NCBI GenBank assembly: GCA_040905565.1
Contig: JBBDRF010000020.1
Location: 1 to 51,331, forward strand
Reading direction: 5' to 3'
DNA length: 51,331 nucleotides
Source: Phycisphaeraceae bacterium
Lineage (GTDB): Bacteria; Planctomycetota; Phycisphaerae; Phycisphaerales; Zrk34
Position numbers and translations under genes: made by a program. The notes beneath the pieces were generated by a model. That model was not told where the DNA came from. It worked only from the letters and a program-made list of their open reading frames with translations, and ran no database searches. Of the stretch, positions 18,236 through 27,572 are shown piece after piece; position 1 is the stretch's first letter; every line of letters starts with the position of its first letter.

Positions 18236-19209
18236 CTAGAACGCGCCGTCAACGCTTTCGCCGGAGCCGTCCTGGGCCGCTTCACAATCACCATGCCCTG
18301 GTGGCAGTCGCCAGTAGGAGCACCGTGCGCCCTCGGAGTCGTGGCCAGGAAACGCGACGACTTGCAGACTCTCTCGAGCTCGCCGCAGAGTTGCGTCGCT
18401 GATGTCGCTGGGCAAATTTTCTTCTAAATCTCGTTTACGCTTGGGGCCGTCGGCGAGCTGCTGCTGGAGCCACGCAGCCGCACGTTCTTGTTTTGTTCCC
18501 GCTGTATACTTCTGCTTTTTTGGCGATCGCTGAGCAGGATTGAAGTGTCCGGAAGATCATCGCCCTCGAGCTTTTCAGTCTCAAACCGCAGCATCGGAAA
18601 GCCCGCCAGATGCGGCGACTGCTCGATGCTGAACGCGAGAGCGAAAAGTTCGGGGGTGAGGTTGTTCTTCAGGGGCGCAAGAAACCGCGCCGACGGCCTC
18701 CCCCGACGCGGAGTGATAAATCCAAGTGCGAATCTCTCCTCGCACTTCCAGCGCGTCGACGGCCGCGCGTAGCGTCGGCCACGTCGGGCCTTCCTCTTCA
18801 CACCCGCCAGCGTCACGCTCTTTCGCGGCTCGGATTTCTGCGGACGGCGTCAATTCAAGCTGCCCGCGCCGCCAGCGGGTGATGACCTCGCCCACCTGCT
18901 GATCCGTCGCCAAAGCGATCGCGTCGAAGACCAGGTTTCTCGCTCGTTGTAGATTGAGCAACTTGGGCGGCCGTCTGGATGAAACGGGCAACGGATACTT
19001 CCGCCGCCGAATTGCGCGATCTGCTGCAGCGCCGTCGAGTCCACGCCGGCGAGCTCCAGCGCGGCAAGCAGTGGCACGGAATCCGCCCGGAACCGGGACA
19101 GCGCATCGTCGGCCCCTGCACCGCCTGACGGTTTCGTGAGGAGGCGGTCGAGCCGCGACCATCGCCGGGGGCGGGGTGGCCGCTTTCTGCGGGGGTGGCG
19201 GTTGTTCAC
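18236..19209 (-). pseudogene. Fragmented primase-helicase (CHC2 zinc finger ... AAA_25/RepA C-terminus + winged helix)
   Basis: Four frames in succession: IRCPFHPDGRPSCSIY; VFDAIALA...WIYHSASGEAVGAV; RFLAPLKNNL...LAFSIE; ERAAAWLQQQLADGP...ISDATLRRARESL...YWRLP. The TOPRIM and ATPase cores are missing. Confidence 0.75.
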
Positions 19210-19511
19210 AAGTTGTCTCCTGAAACACCGTCGCGAGAACGCTTCCGTTTTGATGGCTCCGCACGGCGAGCTGGCCGACGAGGCGGCATCACCCCCTTCG
19301 CATCGAGCAATGTACTGGCAACGGCAGCGCGACGATCGCGATCAACGGAATAAGCAGAATGTCCGCTCTGGTTGCTGAGAAACGCTTCGAGATCCTCCTC
19401 TAAGACCCAGCGAAGACCTCCGATTAGAACTGTCGCCAGCTTCCGCCCCCGGGTTCCCTTTTGCGCCCATCGGAAAACCGTTGCGACATGCACCCCGAGC
19501 CGTCGGGCAGC
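19206..19511 (-). pseudogene. Excisionase-like HTH protein (DUF1580-like), 5'-truncated
   Basis: AARRLGVHVATVFRWAQKGTRGRKLATVLIGGLRWVLEEDLEAFL; its stop overlaps the primase start (GTGA, 19209-19206). Confidence 0.75.
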
Positions 19512-19784
19512 TCTTCGGTCGCTTTGCCATTCTGGACATAGTAGCTCTCGGCGAATGCCAAGTACTCCACCAGCATCTCGGCGATGCTGAGATCCGGGTA
19601 ATCATCTGATGAGGCTGCAGGGTCAGGGAGACGGTCGCCAACTCCTGACCGCTCGGCCAGCAGCCTCGCGTATTTCTCGTAGCTCTCGGCGGAGCCAAAC
19701 GGGCCGAGGTAGACATGCTGACCCGCGATGATGACGCGAGGCTTTGTGGAGGCTGTACTTCGGGGGGGGGGGCTTGCGCGGCAT
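19508..19784 (-). pseudogene. Tyrosine integrase N-terminal remnant
   Basis: MPRKPPPPKYSLHKAS, frameshift at about 19738, then RVIIAGQHVYLGPFGSAESYEKYARLLAE...LSIAEMLVEYLAFAESYYVQNGKAT. This is a planctomycete integrase arm-binding pattern, 120 bp from the tRNA 3' end; the catalytic domain is absent. Confidence 0.85.
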
Positions 19785-19903
19785 CGTGACTCCGGTCGCG
19801 CCTGAAAGTGGTAGAGCTACCAATTTTCTCAGGCTTTCGAAGGCCACGCTGCCCGACGCAGGCAGGTACGCAAGTTTTGCGTTTGACGGGGTTTGTCTGA
19901 AAA

Positions 19904-19977
19904 TGCCGACGGGTGGACTCGAACCACCGACCTAGGGCTTATGAATCCCTCGCTCTAACCGGCTGAGCTACGTCGGC
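19904..19977 (-). tRNA. tRNA with CAT anticodon (elongator Met or Ile2; not initiator)
   Basis: GCCGACGTAGCTCAGCCGGTTAGAGCGAGGGATTCATAAGCCCTAGGTCGGTGGTTCGAGTCCACCCGTCGGCA forms a cloverleaf; G1-C72 is paired; CCA not encoded. Confidence 0.95.
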
Positions 19978-20181
19978 CTGACGGGTGCAAAACGTTATCT
20001 TAGACCATTTGAAAAATCAAGCAACCACCCCAAGCCCACTGACTTTGCGACAGATCGCCCCCCACATCGCCCCCGCCTTCGCCGGCGAAGCCCCTCCCAA
20101 CGGCGGCCGACTCGTGTCGCTTGTCGACACGCCGGCGTTCGGTATCATGCCTCGTTCTTCCCCCGCATTCGGAGAACCCGC

Positions 20182-20496
20182 ATGGCTGGCGAATATTCCA
20201 AGCATCAGCGCGGCATCATCAACCGCTACTACGACAACCTCGACACGATCACGCTCCAGCGGCTGAGCGAAATCGTAACCGAGTTATATCTCTGCACGGA
20301 CGCCAAGAAAAAAGAAAAGTTTTGGCAACGCGTCGAAACGGCGCTGGAGAAGACCTCGGCAAGCGGCGCTGAGGTGCGCAAAATCCTGGCCGAGCGAAAC
20401 GTCGAACGACTCGCGCAGGTCGTCAATCAGCTGACGGTCGGGGGCGGCAAATCCGACAAAAAGACCGGCCCGCCGCGCGGCGGACGTCGCGGATGA
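20182..20496 (+). CDS. Conserved planctomycete hypothetical protein
   Basis: GGAGA RBS; YSKHQRGIINRYYDN...LQRLSEIVTELYL...FWQRVETAL pattern, recalled as a planctomycete-conserved family. Confidence 0.8.
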   Translation: MAGEYSKHQRGIINRYYDNLDTITLQRLSEIVTELYLCTDAKKKEKFWQRVETALEKTSASGAEVRKILAERNVERLAQVVNQLTVGGGKSDKKTGPPRGGRRG

Positions 20497-20603
20497 ACGT
20501 TGTTCATCGCCGCCGTTCAGCGTCGATCGCACGGTGAACAATCCGCCGTTTCCAGCGTATAAAGGGGGCGTAATGGGCAGAAACGAGCCGTAACGGAACG
20601 TCG

Positions 20604-20632
20604 TTGACGCAAGGCTTAGTGACTGCTATAAT
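20604..20632 (+). promoter_or_regulatory. Sigma70 promoter of ssrA
   Basis: TTGACG-17 nt-TATAAT with extended TG, 20 nt upstream of the tmRNA 5' end. Confidence 0.85.
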
Positions 20633-20652
20633 TACGCAGTTCTTTGACAATT

Positions 20653-21029
20653 GGGGCCGACTGGTTTCGACCGGACAGCGTCGGTATTTCGTCGCACGTC
20701 GAGGTGTACGTAGGCCTCGTAAAACCACGTACAAACCATTAAATGCCAACGACAATGTCGCTGGTCGGATCGGCTTCTCGCCGGTTCGCCTCGCTGCCTA
20801 AGAGTAGCGACATTCTACGCTTAGTCGTCCTGAGCGCGGCGTAGAGTGCAAGGCAGTCAGGATCGTCCAAAGGCGGTGCCTTCAGCGCCCGCGGATTAAA
20901 AAACACTGAGGCTGGGCTCGTCGCAGGCTGTCGCTGGCCGACGCCGAGCTGAGATTAAATCAGCGAATAAGCGTGTAGAAGCGTCTTACCAACTGTCACG
21001 GGACGGGGGTTCGATTCCCCCCGGCTCCA
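20653..21029 (+). ncRNA. ssrA: tmRNA; tag ANDNVAGRIGFSPVRLAA* at 20745-20801
   Basis: 5' GGGGCCGA...TTCGAC; 3' GGGTTCGATTCCC...CGGCTCCA; acceptor stem with G3-U; tag ends in LAA. Confidence 0.97.
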
Positions 21030-21064
21030 TTGAAGCGGGCTTCACAACCCGTCTCAGTCAATAC

Positions 21065-21097
21065 AAAGCCCATCGTCGCAAGACGGTGGGCTTTTTT
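21065..21097 (+). terminator. Intrinsic terminator after ssrA
   Basis: AAAGCCCATCGTC-GCAA-GACGGTGGGCTTT hairpin ending in a 6-T run. Confidence 0.9.
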
Positions 21098-21345
21098 CAT
21101 ATCCCGCCCACACAAAGCCTTTTTCGCAACTGCCCCACCGACCACCCAGCCTCATCACGGGACGGGGTCGCGCCCCAATCCCGCCCAAAATCGCCCAAAA
21201 CCGTCTCAGACTCTCGAATCCGCGGGACGACCCCCTACGCCTTCCCGTGATGTTTAAACCGCTGCGACTAATGGTGCTGTTGATAATCGGCAAAATCATC
21301 TATTTTGCCTGTTGTGGGAGGATGGCTAACAGTTGCCAATCCGCC

Positions 21346-21786
21346 CAGTTGGAACTCTGCGGCGAAGCCATGCGACCGCCGGCAGCCGCGGTCTCGACTG
21401 GCACATTCTCGATGTGCTGTGTCACCGCACAGAACGCCGGACGGTATGTTTCCCTCGGCGGTGCCGCCTTGGGCCGCAAGCTGCCCGGCGAACCGATGGC
21501 AGAGACCGTTGCGGCGAAGGCGATTTCCACGCTCCGCCATCGCGTCATCCGCATCATGCGCGGCCGGCTCGACGTCGAATGCCAGCGGGAGGATGTGATC
21601 GAGAACGACGGTGGCTACCACCTGCGTGATTGGATCGCGGTGGAGGTTTACGACGAGAACGGTGGGCGGGTTTCCGCGGATACCCCCGCGCCCGCAAGGG
21701 GCAGTGGTGCCGCAAGCGGGGCGAGGCTGATCGCCTGTCGCCGGAAAGACGTCGTGCCTGACCTACAGCGACACCCGACGGAGTAG
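21346..21786 (+). pseudogene. Remnant of a winged-helix/response-regulator-type C-terminal domain
   Basis: QLELCG, WHILDVL and GRYVSLGGAALG...ISTLRHRV...DVIENDGGYHLRDWIAV lie across frame switches; no credible N-terminus. Confidence 0.5.
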
Positions 21787-23892
21787 TTGAGCGTTGATTG
21801 CAACAACCACCGTGCTGGCGGACATCAGGATGGCGCCAACGGCTGGAGCGAGGATGATTCCCGCCCAGGCGAGCACACCCGCTGCCAACGGAATCGCGAC
21901 GATGTTGTAGCCGGCGGCCCACCAGAGGTTCTGCACCATCTTTCGGTAGCTCGCCCGACTCAAGGCCACAATGCGTGGCACGTCCCGCGGATCGCTGCGG
22001 ACCAGCACGACATCGCCGGCTTCCACTGCCACGTCCGTTCCAGCGCCGATCGCGATGCCGATGTTGGCGGTGACGAGGGCGGGGGCGTCATTCACACCGT
22101 CGCCCACCATGGCCACGCTCTTGCCCTGGCCTTGCAGTTCCTCGATCTTCTTAGCCTTGTCCTCGGGCAGCACCTGGGCGAATACGGTGTCGATGTCGAG
22201 TTCCCTGGCCACACGATCCGCAACGGCTTGGGAGTCGCCCGTGAGGATCGCCACTTCCAGCCCTTCATCGTGGAGGCGTTTGACTGCCTCGTACGATTCC
22301 GGCCGCACAGCGTCGGCGATCGCGAACACGGCCAGTGCTCGTTCACCCTCTAAGAGAAAGATGGCCGCTCGCCCGCTTTCGCCGAACCCCTCAGCCGCGC
22401 GAGCCAGTTCCCCATCAAGCTCAACGCCTGCCTTCTCCAGCAATGCCGGCCCACCCACCTTCAGCTCGCGGCCTTCGACTGTTGCTTGTACCCCATGCCC
22501 TGGAATCGCCTCGAAGCCCTCGGCCTGCGGCACCTGCACCTCTCGCTCCTGGGCACTCTTGAGCAGAGCCTGTGCGATCGGGTGCTCCGAATCCCGCTCC
22601 ACAGCAGCCGCAAGCCGTAGGGCTTCATTCTCATCACTCCCGTCCGCAGCCGCCATCTCCACGACGCGATGCTCACCAAGCGTCAGCGTGCCCGTCTTGT
22701 CGAACACCACCACATCCAGGTTGCGTGCTTCCTCCAGACCCCGACGGTCGCGCACCAGCAGCCCGTTGCTCGCGCCGAGCGTGGTAGAGATGGCGATCAC
22801 CAGCGGTACCGCCAGCCCCAATGCGTGCGGACAGGCGATCACCAGCACGGTCACGACGCGCGTGATGGTGAAGTCGATCGTCGCCCCCAGCAGGAGCCAG
22901 CCGATGAACGTCAGCGCCCCTGCCCCGATGGCAACGAGCGTGAGGAAGAACGCCGCCCGATCCGCCAACGCCTGCGATCGTGATCGGGAAGTCTGCGCCT
23001 GTTCCACCAGACGCATGATCCCCGCCAGCGCCGTCTTCTCCCCCGTACCTGTCACCTCGACACGTAGCGAGCCTTCGCCGTTGACCGTGCCAGCGATGAC
23101 TTTTTCGCCTTCCTGTTTTTGAACCGGCTCCGATTCGCCGGTGATCATGGACTCGTTCACCGAACTCTTGCCACGCTTCACGACGCCGTCGGCCGGAATG
23201 CCCGCGCCGGGGCGGATGAGCAGACGGTCGCCGTCACTGAGTTCGTCGACGCGCACTTCCTCGGTCTCATCATTTTTAGTGATGCGCAATGCCGTGTCGG
23301 GCAGCAGCTTCGCCAGTTCCTTCAGCGCCCCCTGTGCCTGAAAGATCGAACGCATCTCGATCCAGTGGCCCAGCAGCATGATCGTCACCAGCGTCGCCAG
23401 CTCCCACCACAGCGCGTGCCCGGTGAAACCGAACGTGACCGCAACGCTGTAAAAGAATGCGACGACGATCGCGAGCGAAATCAGCGTCATCATTCCCGGC
23501 AGACGAGCGGCGAGTTCGCGATAGGCGCCTTGGAGGAACACCCAGCCGCCGTAGAGGAACACAAGCGAGCCGAAGATCGCGGGAATGTAGCGTGAACCGG
23601 CGAACTTCGGGGCGGTGTAGCCGAACCACTCCTGCAGCATCGGCTCCCATATCAGCGCCGGAATGGTCAGGCCAAGGCACACCCAGAACTTGTTGCGGAA
23701 CATCGTCACGCTGTGGCCGGCGTGCTTGTCATGACCATCGTCGCCATCGTGATGTGCGTGGCTGTGTTCCGCGCCGCTGCGATGCGGGGCGTCAGATGAG
23801 TTCAGAGCTTCCGCCGCCGCCGACTGCTCCTCGGCGTCATCGCGACCTTGTCGATCGGCGTCGTGGCCGTGAGGGTGGTGACGCTCTGCCAT
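21763..23892 (-). CDS. copB: Copper-exporting P1B-3 ATPase (CopB-type)
   Basis: His-rich N-terminus (MAERHHPHGH...HSHAHHD), TGES, CPH, DKTGTLT, GDGVNDAP, YN and MSAST motifs. Confidence 0.9.
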   Translation of the reverse strand: MAERHHPHGHDADRQGRDDAEEQSAAAEALNSSDAPHRSGAEHSHAHHDGDDGHDKHAGHSVTMFRNKFWVCLGLTIPALIWEPMLQEWFGYTAPKFAGSRYIPAIFGSLVFLYGGWVFLQGAYRELAARLPGMMTLISLAIVVAFFYSVAVTFGFTGHALWWELATLVTIMLLGHWIEMRSIFQAQGALKELAKLLPDTALRITKNDETEEVRVDELSDGDRLLIRPGAGIPADGVVKRGKSSVNESMITGESEPVQKQEGEKVIAGTVNGEGSLRVEVTGTGEKTALAGIMRLVEQAQTSRSRSQALADRAAFFLTLVAIGAGALTFIGWLLLGATIDFTITRVVTVLVIACPHALGLAVPLVIAISTTLGASNGLLVRDRRGLEEARNLDVVVFDKTGTLTLGEHRVVEMAAADGSDENEALRLAAAVERDSEHPIAQALLKSAQEREVQVPQAEGFEAIPGHGVQATVEGRELKVGGPALLEKAGVELDGELARAAEGFGESGRAAIFLLEGERALAVFAIADAVRPESYEAVKRLHDEGLEVAILTGDSQAVADRVARELDIDTVFAQVLPEDKAKKIEELQGQGKSVAMVGDGVNDAPALVTANIGIAIGAGTDVAVEAGDVVLVRSDPRDVPRIVALSRASYRKMVQNLWWAAGYNIVAIPLAAGVLAWAGIILAPAVGAILMSASTVVVAINAQLLRRVSL

Positions 23893-24001
23893 TACAGTCC
23901 AATCTGTTGGCACAAATGTAGACGTCTCGATGCACGAAAGTAACGGGAGGGCCGCGAGTTGTTCAGAAGGAAATGGACCGCTCGCTGCCAGGCTGGACGT
24001 C

Positions 24002-25162
24002 TCAGTAAACGATCTCGAATTCTCCGTCGGGGCGGACAAACGGCGTTGCGAAGCTCCATGCGGGAAGGTCGTCAACCCGGCCTTGAGCTTCGTGAATCGG
24101 CTGGAGACTGGAGTCGTAAACCTGCCACCCGACGCTCCCGCCACGGGCCCAGCCGGTGCCCTCGGTCCAAACGAGCAGGATGCGGCCCTCAGCGTCGAGA
24201 GCAAGACGTGGATGTTTACGTCCGTCCGGTTCGCCCGGGGGCGAGACCGGCTCGCCGATCATTTTGCCGTCATGATCGAAGCGTGCGACGTAGACCTGCT
24301 GCTCCGTCTCCCACGCGAGCCATGTCTGATTGCTGTCGTGGAGCAGATCGAGCGTACTCATCGGACACGCATCAAGGTGCCATCGATCGGCTCGGGTGCT
24401 CGTCTCGAAGGTGCGGCCGGTATTGTTGGAGCCGAGCAGATAGATGTCGCGGTCGACAGAGTCGGTGGCTGCGCGGTAAGCAAGCCAGACGCTGTTGCCG
24501 TCGGCGACACCCGTCATGCCGCAGCAAGGGCAGACGCCGCGACCAGGCGGACTGACAGCTGTTTCGCGATCGAAGCTCTGGCCGCCGTCTTCGGAGCGGG
24601 CGATCCAGATGCGACGCTCCGTCTCGCTTTCTCCGCCGGCGTGCCAGGCGACATAGACGCGCCCAGCATCGTCGGCCGCAACTGTGCCGCCTCCGTCCAG
24701 CGGTACCGCGTGTTGGAGGACGTTGCGTTGCGGCTCGAAAGCCTCGCCGGCGTCGTTCAGTCGCGTGTAGAGCATCGGTGTGGCGCCCTCAGGTCCTTTG
24801 GGCTCGGCGTGCTCGCTTCCCATCCAGACGACGTGTGCCCGGCCATCGCCACCGACTGCCAGGTGCGCTCCCCGCACCGTGCCCACCGGAAGAACGCTGC
24901 CGGGCTGGCTGTTCACGCGGATCGGAGCGCCGAATTTGCCCTCTGCCTCAGACCGTACGTAGTAGACGTCTGCAGCCGCGGGATCTCCCTTCGCATAAAT
25001 CATGTGGAGCCGGTCGGCTTCGTCCAGCACGACCTGTGGCTGATATGCACCATCGGGCAGTCGCGACGTCGCCACCTCCGGTGATTCAGCATTGGCGGCA
25101 GTCGCTGCGACAAGCAAGAGCGAAGTCACCAAGAAACGGCGGGCCGCGGCGCTGAAAGGCAT
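24002..25162 (-). CDS. Secreted BNR/sialidase-fold protein with CPCC and ACP motifs
   Basis: Signal peptide from ATG 25162; Asp-boxes RSEDGGQSF and SNNTGRTF; VCPCC and WHLDACP. Confidence 0.8.
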   Translation of the reverse strand: MPFSAAARRFLVTSLLLVAATAANAESPEVATSRLPDGAYQPQVVLDEADRLHMIYAKGDPAAADVYYVRSEAEGKFGAPIRVNSQPGSVLPVGTVRGAHLAVGGDGRAHVVWMGSEHAEPKGPEGATPMLYTRLNDAGEAFEPQRNVLQHAVPLDGGGTVAADDAGRVYVAWHAGGESETERRIWIARSEDGGQSFDRETAVSPPGRGVCPCCGMTGVADGNSVWLAYRAATDSVDRDIYLLGSNNTGRTFETSTRADRWHLDACPMSTLDLLHDSNQTWLAWETEQQVYVARFDHDGKMIGEPVSPPGEPDGRKHPRLALDAEGRILLVWTEGTGWARGGSVGWQVYDSSLQPIHEAQGRVDDLPAWSFATPFVRPDGEFEIVY

Positions 25163-25386
25163 GGAGGTCCCCTTTGAATATCTCGTGCGAACGGACTGTC
25201 GGATCCACCAACTCTCGTTCAGTCTATCGCCGAGGCATGGACCATGCCTAGAATCGAGCGCCGATGCGACCGGTACGAGTCGCCGGGGCAGTTCCCCAGA
25301 GCAGAAACCGGTGTTACCCGCTGCCGAATCAAGTAGGACATTGATAACGTGCTGCCGTCGCATCATCATCAGCAGGAGCGGGGCAC

Positions 25387-26742
25387 GTGCTTATTCTACG
25401 GATCATGATCGTTGGCGTCGTCTGTGTAATAGGCGCCGGTTGCAGCTCCGGGGAATTGCGATGGGAAGAGCGGAATGCCGTGTCCTACAAACGCGGGCCG
25501 TACAACTTCGCCTTCTATGAGCGCCACAACGAGCCATACCGCTACGGAGCCGCCATCCACTTTGCCCACGGCAAGGCCCATGACGTACCTCAGCTCACGC
25601 CCTTGAGTGAAGCGCAGAAATGGGACACCCGCTTCGACGCCGAAGCCCTTCACTGGGCGACCGATCTGCCGCGCATGGAACCGCACATGATGCAGTGGGG
25701 CCCGGTCACGGGCCAGTTCGCGTGGAAGCTCTACCGCGCCATTGACTGGACCCACATGCACCACGAGCAGACCTACGACATTCTCTCCGAGCGTTCGATC
25801 CCCTGGGAAGAGAAAAAACGATGGACCGACGAGTCGGTCGAGTACTACCTCAACCTGGACGATCTCGCCCGCAGCCCCGCCCCCCTGGAAGTGACCATGC
25901 GTCGGGCCGGCGTGATGATGAAACCCTACTTCACCTACTTCCGTAACAAGTACCCCCGAACCAACAACTTCTTCTACGTCGCCCACTGGTGGCATCCGGT
26001 GATGTACGAAGCCATGATGATTGCGGGGAATGATGATGAGCAGGATCAATCCGTGCAGGATACTCATCACCTGCTGTATGAGGAGGTGTTTGATAATCGT
26101 CCTCAGCGGATGCTGCTCAGCCGGGAGACCATGCCGCGCTACAGTCGGATGAGCCCCGAGTCGGCGAACATCTTCGACAACTTGCACATGCTGCACGGCA
26201 TCGCCTACGACATTCTCTCCTACGAGGGCTGGACGCCCGAACAAAAGCGCAAGGAGCTCTACCGCGTTATTGAGGCCATGAGCTATCAGCCCGGCGACGA
26301 GCAGTACGTTCGCCGCTTCCCGATTCCCTACCCCGACATGGACCCGCGCATCTACTCGGATTGGATGATCCCTGCCGAGGGCGAAATGAACCGCATCATG
26401 CTCGAGATGATGGAGGAGATGATGCCAGCCATGATGCCCGGCGGCATGGACGAGCAGATGCACGAGCAGGTCATGGAGCAGGTCCGTATGAAGCTGCGGC
26501 CGGGCGTGGAGGAAGACGAGATCGAAGGCTCGCTGCACGACGCGATCAAGCAGCTCATGCCCGACATGCAGATGGATCCAGAAAGCATGGAGCCGGGCGT
26601 CCCGCCACAGAAGATGATCGACGCCATGATGGCCGGCTGGCAAGAGAAAGCTGATGCCATCCCGGAAGTGGAGCCCTGGCCAATGAATCAGGATCCCACG
26701 CTTCCGCCACTCGATAACCGACACAACGGGAGCACCGAATGA
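25387..26742 (+). CDS. His/Met-rich lipoprotein, putative copper-binding
   Basis: AGGAG RBS, lipobox IGAG-C, four HxxH motifs and a Met-rich C-terminal region. Confidence 0.75.
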   Translation: MLILRIMIVGVVCVIGAGCSSGELRWEERNAVSYKRGPYNFAFYERHNEPYRYGAAIHFAHGKAHDVPQLTPLSEAQKWDTRFDAEALHWATDLPRMEPHMMQWGPVTGQFAWKLYRAIDWTHMHHEQTYDILSERSIPWEEKKRWTDESVEYYLNLDDLARSPAPLEVTMRRAGVMMKPYFTYFRNKYPRTNNFFYVAHWWHPVMYEAMMIAGNDDEQDQSVQDTHHLLYEEVFDNRPQRMLLSRETMPRYSRMSPESANIFDNLHMLHGIAYDILSYEGWTPEQKRKELYRVIEAMSYQPGDEQYVRRFPIPYPDMDPRIYSDWMIPAEGEMNRIMLEMMEEMMPAMMPGGMDEQMHEQVMEQVRMKLRPGVEEDEIEGSLHDAIKQLMPDMQMDPESMEPGVPPQKMIDAMMAGWQEKADAIPEVEPWPMNQDPTLPPLDNRHNGSTE

Positions 26743-27491
26743 ACCGCGCGTTCCTTGCAGCAGCAGTCTTGGTCGCAGTCGCGACCGGTCCGGCATTCGC
26801 GGCAGACCACATCAAGCTCGAGGAAGGGCTGCCGATAGAGACAGAGTCCGCCACTCCCACTCCGTACCTCGGCCGCGAATTCCAGTCGATCTTTCGCTAC
26901 CAGCTTGACGATGACGGGACCGACAGTCTCCTGATAACGCCACGCGTCGAGATCGGGTTCCCGCGCAACAGCGAGGTGTCAATCGCTGTTCCCTACCTGT
27001 CGGGGGAGATCGAGCCCGACGGGCTGCGTGAGGTCGAGCTTGAGTTCAAGCACAACATCAACCAGGAGACACTCCTCCTGCCGACGATGAGCCTCGCTGT
27101 TGGCGCGGACTTCCCCACCGGCTCCGACACCCACGGCGTCGATCCATTCGTGAAGTTCCTTGCAACCAAAACCCTCTCCCGCGACTTCCGCTTCCATCAG
27201 GCGCACTTCAACTATTACCACCAGTTCAACGATGACGTGCAGTCCGATGAGCGCAGCGATCGCTACAAGATTTCAGCCGCGTACAGCACCCGGCTCAGTA
27301 ACGAGACCACCTGGCTTGCCGGCATCACACGCGAGCAGGAGCGTGAGGAGGACGTTGAGTTGAACCTCGTCGAAACCGGGCTGCGATACCAACTCACGCC
27401 CCGAAGCGTCCTCAGCGGCGGCGTCGGCTTCGGGATTGGCGACGAGTCACCAGACGTCCGTGCAACATTCGGGTTTCAGGTTTCTTTCTGA
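26739..27491 (+). CDS. Outer-membrane beta-barrel (MetA-pathway/transporter-like)
   Basis: Signal peptide, alternating amphipathic strands, FPTG motif and C-terminal FGFQVSF; ATGA overlap with the upstream gene. Confidence 0.75.
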   Translation: MNRAFLAAAVLVAVATGPAFAADHIKLEEGLPIETESATPTPYLGREFQSIFRYQLDDDGTDSLLITPRVEIGFPRNSEVSIAVPYLSGEIEPDGLREVELEFKHNINQETLLLPTMSLAVGADFPTGSDTHGVDPFVKFLATKTLSRDFRFHQAHFNYYHQFNDDVQSDERSDRYKISAAYSTRLSNETTWLAGITREQEREEDVELNLVETGLRYQLTPRSVLSGGVGFGIGDESPDVRATFGFQVSF

Positions 27492-27572
27492 GTCGCTTCC
27501 GCCGCTCGCTCATGGTTGGCTTGTCGGATCGACGGCAGGCACGCCGCCAGAGGGAGCATTCAGAGATTCGCC

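Larger units (their letters stand above)
6300..19903 (-). mobile_element. Decayed integrative element(s) at the tRNA-CAT 3' end (left boundary uncertain)
   Basis: Integrase-excisionase-primase/helicase remnants adjacent to the tRNA, defence-type cargo and many pseudogenes; no distal att copy found. Confidence 0.65.

Noticed and set aside
19762..19772. G11 tract in the integrase 5' end as a phase-variation switch
   Set aside because: The frame through the tract is intact, the frameshift lies downstream, and the catalytic domain is deleted anyway.
20054..20090. Tandem ATCGCCCCC and palindrome CTTCGCCGGCGAAG upstream of the tRNA
   Set aside because: Short and GC-rich; on the 5' side of the tRNA with no linked element.
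23893..24204. ORF-track N-terminal extension of the copper ATPase (likewise those of jetD, mksE, mksF and the BNR gene)
   Set aside because: They overlap neighbouring genes or lack protein-like character; internal starts with RBS, coupling or signal peptides fit better.
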